From positions 1 to 37,238 of IMG/VR virus record IMGVR_UViG_3300028585_000531: 37,238 bases of DNA; one strand, given 5' to 3'. The notes below the pieces were generated by a model. The model saw only the letters and a program-made list of their open reading frames with translations, ran no database searches and was not told the origin of the DNA. This DNA comes from a virus. Lineage: Duplodnaviria; Caudoviricetes. The translations under genes and the position numbers were made by a program. Positions 18,107 through 25,454 of the stretch are shown in pieces (positions within the stretch are counted from its first letter, which is position 1; every line of letters starts with the position of its first letter).

Positions 18107-18474
18107 TGGCGATCGCAAAAACTCCCATCATCCTGATCGCGGCCGCGGTAGCAGCGCCTGGTTCGACCAAGCAGTCGCCTGCTCTGACGGGCCAGGCTGA
18201 TGTGCGCGGCCACTACGGTGGCCTGCTGACGTACGCGATCACAAACGGCGCTACGGCGCCAGCTGCTGCTGTCGTGATCACGTTCCAGATCTCGGCTGAT
18301 GGATTGGCCTGGAGGGATCTGTGGACCGTAGGCGGCGACATCGTTGCAGGTAGCAACTCAACCAACAGCATCGACCTGCCGCGTGCTGCCATGTACGTGC
18401 GCGCAGTCGTGTACGGAAACACCGTGCAGCCCGTAACGGTGGCAATCGAGCTGCAAGCGATCACGGCGCTGTAA
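18106..18474 (+). CDS. beta-sandwich-like putative structural protein (122 aa)
   Basis: TAATG coupling on both sides; FQISADG..W.D...YVRAVV. Confidence 0.6.
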   Translation: MAIAKTPIILIAAAVAAPGSTKQSPALTGQADVRGHYGGLLTYAITNGATAPAAAVVITFQISADGLAWRDLWTVGGDIVAGSNSTNSIDLPRAAMYVRAVVYGNTVQPVTVAIELQAITAL

Positions 18475-19823
18475 TGGCTGGTATGCGCTATCAGCCGCAG
18501 GGCGCCGCCAGGCTTAACACACTGAACCCTCTGACGAGGGGGATGAAGGTTGCCATCAATGCCGGCAGCGGCGTCGTCAACTTGGTGAACAACCGTATCC
18601 TGTCGCCCAACGCAGTCAATGGCGCATCGCTCATTCCGGCGCTGCCAAGCCACGCAGGCCTCGGCTGGACAACGGCCGGACGGGAATCTGGATGGGTAGC
18701 TGGCTCGGTTGAGTCTGAGGATCTGGTTGGGGATGAGGGCACCATCCTTGTTATGTTTACCGTCACCGAGTCCGTTGGCGCATCCGATGCGAACAACCAC
18801 TGCCTGTTCATACAAGGTGGCGTCAACCCGAACGGGACCGTCAATCAGTCGATGCTGGGGCAAGGCATTGTGATCCCTCCGTATTTGAACCAAAGGGGAC
18901 TGCGAGCACAGTGGCGGCTGCGGGGGTATAACACGCTGACCCTACCGGGCGTCGCCGGCGTTCTCGAGACTGGGCAAACCTACACTGCAATCTCCACCTA
19001 CCAGCGACTGGGTCTCTGTGAGCTATTCCTGAATGGGAAGTCTATAGCGAGCGCTACCGCACCGGATCAGCCGCTCGGCCCGCTCAATATCGGCACCGGC
19101 TTCCAGGTTGCGCGTTCGTTCGCGCTCGGGCCGGCATCCGCCGTGCTTGCATGTAGCTGGGATCGCAAGCTGACACAGGCGGAGATCGATAGTGTAACCG
19201 CGAACCCATGGCAGCTCTTGGCCGCCGAGGACGATTTCGATTACCTGTCAGCAGCAGCCGTCCAGCACGTGATTGCCGTAGAAGGTGCTGCGCTCGCGGT
19301 GACTGGTGGGCAGGCGCGCATGAGAGTGTCACGTCGCCTGATCGTCACGCCAGCGAGCCTTGCTATCGCCGCCGGCCCGGTGGCCATGCGCGCCTCGCGC
19401 CGTATCAGCGTGGCGCCTGCCGGCCTGGTGATGGCTGCTGGCCCGGTCGCACTAAGTATCACCCGGCGCATCAAGGTCGAGCCGGCAGCGATGGTGCTCA
19501 CCGGTGGCCCGGTAGAAATGCGGTACGGCCAGAAGGCCACCCCCAACAGCTACACGCTGCCGGTCTCCCCGGCGGCGATAACGATAGCCGGTGGCGAGGT
19601 CGGCATGCGGGTAACCCGCCGCTTGTCGGTTGCGCCGGCGGGCATCGTCATCGAGGGCCAGCAGGTTGCGTTCGTGCCGGGGGCTCGCGCCGGCGTCATC
19701 GACGCATCCAAGGTTCCCCCATCGCGCACCGTGAAGTTCGTCGGCGGTCAGCGCGTGGTCATTTTCAGTGGCGGCGTGCGCGTCGCCACGTTCAACGGCG
19801 GCAAGAGGACAGTGAGGTTTTAA
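18474..19823 (+). CDS. LamG/concanavalin-like domain plus 22-aa repeat shaft; putative fibre
   Basis: ELFLNG...WDRKLTQAEI.S...NPWQL LamG-like end; six ~22-aa repeats (V.PA.L.I.GG.V.MR..RR). Confidence 0.62.
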   Translation: MAGMRYQPQGAARLNTLNPLTRGMKVAINAGSGVVNLVNNRILSPNAVNGASLIPALPSHAGLGWTTAGRESGWVAGSVESEDLVGDEGTILVMFTVTESVGASDANNHCLFIQGGVNPNGTVNQSMLGQGIVIPPYLNQRGLRAQWRLRGYNTLTLPGVAGVLETGQTYTAISTYQRLGLCELFLNGKSIASATAPDQPLGPLNIGTGFQVARSFALGPASAVLACSWDRKLTQAEIDSVTANPWQLLAAEDDFDYLSAAAVQHVIAVEGAALAVTGGQARMRVSRRLIVTPASLAIAAGPVAMRASRRISVAPAGLVMAAGPVALSITRRIKVEPAAMVLTGGPVEMRYGQKATPNSYTLPVSPAAITIAGGEVGMRVTRRLSVAPAGIVIEGQQVAFVPGARAGVIDASKVPPSRTVKFVGGQRVVIFSGGVRVATFNGGKRTVRF

Positions 19824-20140
19824 TGGGCAAGGATGAGCCGTACGAGAAAGACGGTCGGTGGTATATCGACAAGGACCCGAACGACAAGTTGTTCTACGTG
19901 GCCGATGTCACGCAGCAGCTGGCCGACAGCGCGACGACCGCCGTGTCGTTCGAGGCCGTTCCGGTCGGGGTGACGTTACTCGAGAAGGGATCGCCGCAGG
20001 GCGAGCTGGGCGGCCTGCTGCCGGTAAAGCTCGACGGCATGGGAGAATCGGGCGAGGACAGCTACTGCATCTTCCGGGTGACCTGCGACAACGGCGAGCA
20101 GTTCGATCGCACCATCTGGTTCAACCTGGTGGAGAACTGA
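19823..20140 (+). CDS. putative fibre adaptor protein (105 aa)
   Basis: KDPND.LFY..D....L...FRVTCDNGEQFDRTIWF resembles small Ig-like phage adaptor proteins; TAATG coupling. Confidence 0.6.
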   Translation: MGKDEPYEKDGRWYIDKDPNDKLFYVADVTQQLADSATTAVSFEAVPVGVTLLEKGSPQGELGGLLPVKLDGMGESGEDSYCIFRVTCDNGEQFDRTIWFNLVEN

Positions 20141-20340
20141 TGATCGACGCTACCAAGCTCCCGCGTCCGGGTGGCGCACGTGCATCGAACGGGCAGGGCG
20201 GTGCCGACATACAGAGTCCAGCCACTGCGGCCGTGAAGACTGGCGCCGCAGCCGCGAGCGCCGACCAGGTCGCATCCTACCCGGCCAAGAACCTGGTGCT
20301 CGCCGGCGGTCGCTACTACACCACTGACACCAAGAAATAG
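20140..20340 (+). CDS. hypothetical protein (66 aa)
   Basis: GGAG RBS and TGATG coupling. Confidence 0.55.
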   Translation: MIDATKLPRPGGARASNGQGGADIQSPATAAVKTGAAAASADQVASYPAKNLVLAGGRYYTTDTKK

Positions 20341-20353
20341 CCCAATCGAAAAT

Positions 20354-20396
20354 TGTCTCAGTTTTCCGAGAATTGAGACAGTGCAATCCGTAGAGT
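20354..20396 (+). promoter_or_regulatory. late promoter 2
   Basis: TGTCTCA-GTTTTCCGAGAAT-TGAGACA, then 10 nt, then TAGAGT. Confidence 0.78.
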
Positions 20397-20403
20397 GGGC
20401 TGC

Positions 20404-22473
20404 ATGACGACGCCCACTACTCACCCGCAAACCCGCGCCGCCGGCGACCCGCGCAACATGCCCTCGCTTTGCCGCGAAGCGCAGCTGGTCCCGACCACCT
20501 ACAACGAGGCCGACAACACCGTCGAGGTGGTGTGGACGACCGGTTCGCGGGTTCGCCGCTACGACTGGTGGACCGAGAAGCCGTACGAGGAAGAACTGGC
20601 GGTCACTCCCGAAGCCGTCGACATGACGCGCTTCGACGCCGGTACCGTCCAGGTCATCGACAACCACCGCATGCATGGTGGCGTCCAGTCGATCATCGGC
20701 ATCGCACTGAGCGGCACCATCGCCAATGGCGAAGGCCGCGCTACGCTGCGCCTGTCGACGCGCCAGGAGATGGCCGGCATCGTCGCCGACATCAAGGCCG
20801 GCATCATCCGCTCGATCTCGTTCGGCTACAACGTCACGACATTCGAGATCACCCGCGCCATCGACCGTACCGACGGCGTGAACATGGACCTGTACCGCGC
20901 CGTGCGCTGGCAGCCGTTCGAGATCAGCTTCGTCACCGTTCCGGCCGATGCCGACGCCAGCACGCGCAGCGCGCCGGCCGATGGCATGCCGTGCGAATTC
21001 ATTACCCGGGCGCCCGCCCATTCCGCTCCATCCAACCAGGAAGACACCATGACCATTGCTACCCAGCCGGGCGCCCAGAACCCTGCGCCTGCCCCTGCCG
21101 TCCGTTCGGCAACCGATCCAGCGCCTGCATCAGCTCCAGCGCCGGCCACGCCGCCTGCAACCGATGATGCTGCCACGCGTGCCGCCCAGGACGCGGCCGT
21201 CCGTGCCGCCGACATCACCGACCTGTGCCTGCGCCACGGCGTCAGCAACATCGCCGTCGGCCTGATCCGCAGCGGCAACTCGATGGACCAGGTCCGCGCC
21301 GCCGTGCTGGAAGAGATGGCGCGCGACTCCGCAACCCGCGGCGGCCACCAGAACGTCCGCATCCAGGTGGTCGGCGGCGAGCATGAAGTTCGCATGGCCG
21401 GCATCGAAGAAGCGATCATGCACCGCATCCACGCCGGTACCAAGCTGACCGACAACGGCCGCCAGTACCGTGGCCTGAGCCTGATCGAGCTGGGCCGCGA
21501 CTTCCTGGAAGCGCAGGGCGTGTCGACGCGCGGCATGGACCGTATGCGTCTTGCAAAAGACATCCTGCACTTCCGCTCGGGTGCACACGGAACCAGCGAC
21601 TTCTCGACCCTGTTCGCCAACGTCGCGAACAAGCGCATGCGTGCAGCCTATGAAGAAAACATCGGCACCTACACCCAGTGGGCACGCCGCGCGCCGAACG
21701 CGCCGGACTTCAAGAACATCAACATCGTTCAGCTCTCGGGCGCGCCGGATCTGCTCCAGACCAACGAGCACGGCGAATTCAAGTACGGCACGATGAAAGA
21801 TGCCGGCGTGTCGTACGGGCTGGTGACCTACGGCCGCATGGTCTCGCTGACCCGGCAGGCCATCATCAACGACGACCTGCGCGCCTTCGAGCGCCTGGTG
21901 ACCGCGTTCGGCGCGAGCTCCAGCCGCCTGGAGAACCGCCTGGTGTACAGCCAGCTCGCCGGCAACCCGATGATGGGTGATGGCAAAGAACTGTTCCACG
22001 CCGATCGCAAGAACCTGGCTACCGGCGCTGGCTCGGCCCTGCAGCTCTCCACGCTGAAAGCGGGCCGCACCGCGATGCGCCTGCAGAAGGGCCTGCAAGG
22101 CGAAGAGCTGAATCTGGCGCCGAACTTCCTGATCGTCCCGGCATCGCTGGAGCAGGATTCGTATGCGCTGACCAGCTCGAACTACGTCCCTGCCAAGCAG
22201 ACCGACGTGAACGAATTCCGCGCCGGCGGCCGCACTGCGGTCGAGCCGGTCGTCGAGCCGATCCTGGACGGCATGAGCGAGACCGCTTGGTACCTGGCGA
22301 GCGGCAACAGCCAGGTTGATACCGTCGAGTACTGCTACCTGGAAGGTGCCGAAGGCCCGGTCATCGAAAGTGAGCCCGGCTTCGAAACCGATGGCGTCAC
22401 CTGGAAGTGCCGCCTCGACTTCGCCGCCAAGGCGGTCGACCACCGCGGTCTGTACCAGGGCGCTGGCAAGTAA
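20404..22473 (+). CDS. prohead protease-major capsid fusion protein
   Basis: HK97-type protease motifs (IDNH, SISFGY, EISFVTVPAD), Pro/Ala linker, capsid domain (TSDF..L..VANK, TYGR..SLTRQAIINDD). Confidence 0.9.
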   Translation: MTTPTTHPQTRAAGDPRNMPSLCREAQLVPTTYNEADNTVEVVWTTGSRVRRYDWWTEKPYEEELAVTPEAVDMTRFDAGTVQVIDNHRMHGGVQSIIGIALSGTIANGEGRATLRLSTRQEMAGIVADIKAGIIRSISFGYNVTTFEITRAIDRTDGVNMDLYRAVRWQPFEISFVTVPADADASTRSAPADGMPCEFITRAPAHSAPSNQEDTMTIATQPGAQNPAPAPAVRSATDPAPASAPAPATPPATDDAATRAAQDAAVRAADITDLCLRHGVSNIAVGLIRSGNSMDQVRAAVLEEMARDSATRGGHQNVRIQVVGGEHEVRMAGIEEAIMHRIHAGTKLTDNGRQYRGLSLIELGRDFLEAQGVSTRGMDRMRLAKDILHFRSGAHGTSDFSTLFANVANKRMRAAYEENIGTYTQWARRAPNAPDFKNINIVQLSGAPDLLQTNEHGEFKYGTMKDAGVSYGLVTYGRMVSLTRQAIINDDLRAFERLVTAFGASSSRLENRLVYSQLAGNPMMGDGKELFHADRKNLATGAGSALQLSTLKAGRTAMRLQKGLQGEELNLAPNFLIVPASLEQDSYALTSSNYVPAKQTDVNEFRAGGRTAVEPVVEPILDGMSETAWYLASGNSQVDTVEYCYLEGAEGPVIESEPGFETDGVTWKCRLDFAAKAVDHRGLYQGAGK

Positions 22474-22512
22474 GCCGCGCACGGACATCCACCCATCACG
22501 GAAAACCACAAC

Positions 22513-22845
22513 ATGAAGAACTTCATACAGGACGGCAACATCGTCACCGTCACCGCGCCGTACAACGTCACCAGCGGCCAAGGCGTCCAAGTCGGCGGCA
22601 TCATCGGTGTCGCTGCCAACGATGCCCTGCAGGGCACGCCGGTCGAGATCCTGCGCCAGGGCATTTTTGCTCTGGGCGCCGTCACCGCCGACACCCTCGC
22701 CATCGGCGACAAGGCCTACTGGGACAACACTGCCCGTCGCATCACCAAGACCGCGACCAACAACACGCTGGTCGGCGCAGCGGCAGGCCCCAAGAGCGGC
22801 ACCGAGACCAGCGCAACCGTGCTGCTCGACGGCGTCATCCGCTAA
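22513..22845 (+). CDS. DUF2190-family capsid cement/decoration protein
   Basis: MKNFIQDG..VTVTAP..V.SG..V.VG.I.GVA; follows the capsid gene. Confidence 0.82.
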   Translation: MKNFIQDGNIVTVTAPYNVTSGQGVQVGGIIGVAANDALQGTPVEILRQGIFALGAVTADTLAIGDKAYWDNTARRITKTATNNTLVGAAAGPKSGTETSATVLLDGVIR

Positions 22846-22853
22846 GCGCCGCC

Positions 22854-23150
22854 ATGTTCTTCGCCAACCTCGAAGCGGTCGTCAACGCCACGGTGCTCAA
22901 CCACCTGGCGAACGTGCGCGTGGAGATCGGCGGCGCCACGGTACCAGGCATCTTCCGCAAGCCCAGCGCGGTGGATCCGCTGGGCGGCGGGATGGCGAAC
23001 ACCATCCCGTCGGTGCAAGTGGCGTCGAGCGCCGTCATGGCAGATCCGGTGGGCCAGCAAATCGCCATCGCTGGCGTGCCGTACCTGATCGTCGAACCGC
23101 AGCCGGACGGCACGGGCATGACCACGCTGATCGTGGAGTGCACCCAATGA
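22854..23150 (+). CDS. head-tail joining protein (gpFII-like)
   Basis: Size, position and C-terminal Y.IVE.QPDGTGMT.L. Confidence 0.7.
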   Translation: MFFANLEAVVNATVLNHLANVRVEIGGATVPGIFRKPSAVDPLGGGMANTIPSVQVASSAVMADPVGQQIAIAGVPYLIVEPQPDGTGMTTLIVECTQ

Positions 23151-23578
23151 GCACGGCGTTTTCGCAGGTTGTCGCAGCCGTCGTCGCCGCGCTTCAGGCG
23201 CAGCCGCCTGTGTGCGCCTCGATCCACCGCGCCCGCACCTACGTGTTCCCGGAGCAGGAGGCCGAGGCGATCAGTGTGCAGTGGGAGCAGTCGCTGCCGC
23301 AAACCGGAACGATCGCTGGCGCGCCGATCGACTGGTCGACGCGCATCACCGTCGAGTGCTACGCGCGCAGTGTGCGCGACAGCGGCGACGTGGCGGTAGA
23401 CCCGCTGCTGGAGCGCGTGTATGCGCGCCTGGCTGCCGATCCGTCACTGGGCGGCGTGGTGACCGACCTGCAGCTGGCTGGCATGGAAGCGGAGAACACG
23501 TCCGAAGGAAAAAAAACCGGGTGGGTGCGGCTGCTGTACGTCGCAGACCACCGCACCTACAACGGCGTCCTGATCTGA
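23147..23578 (+). CDS. tail terminator-like protein (gpU position)
   Basis: VY.RL.ADPSLGG.V; ATGA overlap; position before the tail tube. Confidence 0.68.
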   Translation: MSTAFSQVVAAVVAALQAQPPVCASIHRARTYVFPEQEAEAISVQWEQSLPQTGTIAGAPIDWSTRITVECYARSVRDSGDVAVDPLLERVYARLAADPSLGGVVTDLQLAGMEAENTSEGKKTGWVRLLYVADHRTYNGVLI

Positions 23579-23580
23579 AT

Positions 23581-23751
23581 ATGAAAACCGAAACCAAAAA
23601 CGAAACCGATATTGCATCCGACGCCGCACAGTCGACGCGCGAGCTGCCACTGCCACCAGGCGGTGGCTCCTGGACGTTCGATCCAGTCGACTGGAAATGG
23701 ATCCCCAACACCCCGATGCCGGCGACGGCTGAACAACTGAATCAGGAGTAA
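23581..23751 (+). CDS. small hypothetical protein (56 aa)
   Basis: PPGGGSWTFDP; fills the gap before the tail tube gene. Confidence 0.55.
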   Translation: MKTETKNETDIASDAAQSTRELPLPPGGGSWTFDPVDWKWIPNTPMPATAEQLNQE

Positions 23752-23754
23752 GCG

Positions 23755-24717
23755 ATGCCTCGTCGTATCAAGAACACTATCGTGACCGCCAAGGTCGAAA
23801 CGACCGCTGGCACGGATGCCGTGCCGACCGGCGCAACCAATGCAATTCTGGTGTCGGATGTCACTATCACTCCGCTCGACGCACAATCGATTGACCGGGC
23901 GCTCATTCGCGGCTACTTCGGCGGCAGTGAGCAGCTGGTCGGCCCAGCTAGTGTGAAGCTTTCGTACTCGGTTGAACTGGCAGGATCGGGCGCGGCAGCG
24001 ACACCGCCGGCGTGGGGCCAGCTCCTGCAAGGTTGCGCCGTTGCGGAGGGCAGTCTTACCACTCCAGCGCGTGTCGAATACACGCCAGCATCGACCGGTC
24101 TGAAAACTCTGACTCAGTATTACTACGATGATGGCCTGATGCACAGGGTGTTGGCTTCGATGGGCAACTGCACCTTGTCGGCGAAGGTCGGCGAACGACC
24201 GATGCTGCGGTTCGAATGGACAGGCTTGAATGGTGGGCGCGTTACGACGCCCAATCCATCGGGCACGTTCACAGCGTGGAAGAAGCCAGTCTCCATGACC
24301 AAGGCCAACGTCATCGATATCAAGCTCGATGCGACCTACGCTGCCGGCGCCCTGACCGGCGGCACGACTTACAACAGCACCGGTCTTGAACTGAACTTCG
24401 GGAATACGGTGAACTTTACCGCAATGCTGAGCACCGAAGTGGTCGACATCTCCGATCGCCAGTCGACTGCAACCGTCGAGATGGAGTTGACGGCAGCGCA
24501 GGAAGCGGCACTGATGGACAAGGTGGAAGCGAACGAGACGCTAAGCCTCGGCTTCGTCATCGGCACGGCAGCCGGCAACAAGGTGCTGGTGTACGCGCCA
24601 GCGGTCCAGCTGACCAACCCCCGCAAGTCGGAACTCAACGGCAACCGCCTTATCGGCTTTGACCTGCGTCTGGTGCCGGTCAACGGCAATGACGAATGGC
24701 GCATCGTGTGCCTGTAA
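23755..24717 (+). CDS. tail tube (major tail) protein
   Basis: AKVETT.GTDA.PT, VELAGSG.A.TPPAWG.LL.GC; AGGAG RBS. Confidence 0.85.
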   Translation: MPRRIKNTIVTAKVETTAGTDAVPTGATNAILVSDVTITPLDAQSIDRALIRGYFGGSEQLVGPASVKLSYSVELAGSGAAATPPAWGQLLQGCAVAEGSLTTPARVEYTPASTGLKTLTQYYYDDGLMHRVLASMGNCTLSAKVGERPMLRFEWTGLNGGRVTTPNPSGTFTAWKKPVSMTKANVIDIKLDATYAAGALTGGTTYNSTGLELNFGNTVNFTAMLSTEVVDISDRQSTATVEMELTAAQEAALMDKVEANETLSLGFVIGTAAGNKVLVYAPAVQLTNPRKSELNGNRLIGFDLRLVPVNGNDEWRIVCL

Positions 24718-24748
24718 CGAAAAACAACCCAAACTGAAAGGAAACACC

Positions 24749-25081
24749 GTGGCATTCAAACTCGTCAAGCGTAACAAGCTCCCGGTCCGCGTCAAAGGCA
24801 CCCTGCCTGACGACGACGGCAAGCCTACCGATTTCGACTTCACGCTGAACTGCAAGCGGCTCACTCAGGACGAGATCGACGCGCTGGCATCCGACAAGGT
24901 AGCGCCGATCAAGTCGTTCATCCATAACGTCAGCGAGGGCTGGGATGCCGTGATCGACGGCCAGGGCCAGCCGGTGCCGTTCGCAACCGAGCAGCTGGAA
25001 GAAATGATCGCAATCCCTGGTATGCCGATGATGATCCTGCAGTGCTATCTCAAGCAGGTATCGGCGGTCGCAAAAAACTGA
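24749..25081 (+). CDS. tail assembly chaperone (gpG-like)
   Basis: GTG start with AAGGA RBS; V.EGWD.V.D..G..VPF; ends in AKN with slippery A AAA AAC. Confidence 0.82.
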   Translation: MAFKLVKRNKLPVRVKGTLPDDDGKPTDFDFTLNCKRLTQDEIDALASDKVAPIKSFIHNVSEGWDAVIDGQGQPVPFATEQLEEMIAIPGMPMMILQCYLKQVSAVAKN

Positions 25082-25443
25082 CCGAGGTCGTGCGCCTTCT
25101 GGCGCGCGGCCAAATCGAGTTTGGCGACAAGGGCCGCGAGGAACAGAGTCATGCGGACGACGCACTGGCGATGCTCGGCCTGACTGTCGATGGATCTGCG
25201 GAGCCGGACGAGGAAGAGTTCTGGCTGTGGCCCGAAAGCGAAGAAGCATTCGACCTCTGGCTGTCGATCCAGACGCAATGGTCAGTCGGCATGGGGGGCG
25301 CCACTGGCTTGAACTACCCCGGCGTGGAAGCCTGCATGCGGCTGCGAGGGCTCAAAAAAAAATCCAGGCAAAAACTGTTTTTGCCGATTCAAATGATGGA
25401 GCGGGTGTGCCTGGAAGAGTGGGCGCGCCAGCGTAGCAATTAG
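25072..25443 (+). CDS. gpT-like -1 frameshift extension (DUF1799-like)
   Basis: Open -1 frame after the slippery site; LWPE...AF.LW...QTQW..GMGGATGLNY. Confidence 0.78.
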   Translation, partial: KKLTEVVRLLARGQIEFGDKGREEQSHADDALAMLGLTVDGSAEPDEEEFWLWPESEEAFDLWLSIQTQWSVGMGGATGLNYPGVEACMRLRGLKKKSRQKLFLPIQMMERVCLEEWARQRSN

Positions 25444-25454
25444 GAACCCTAGAG

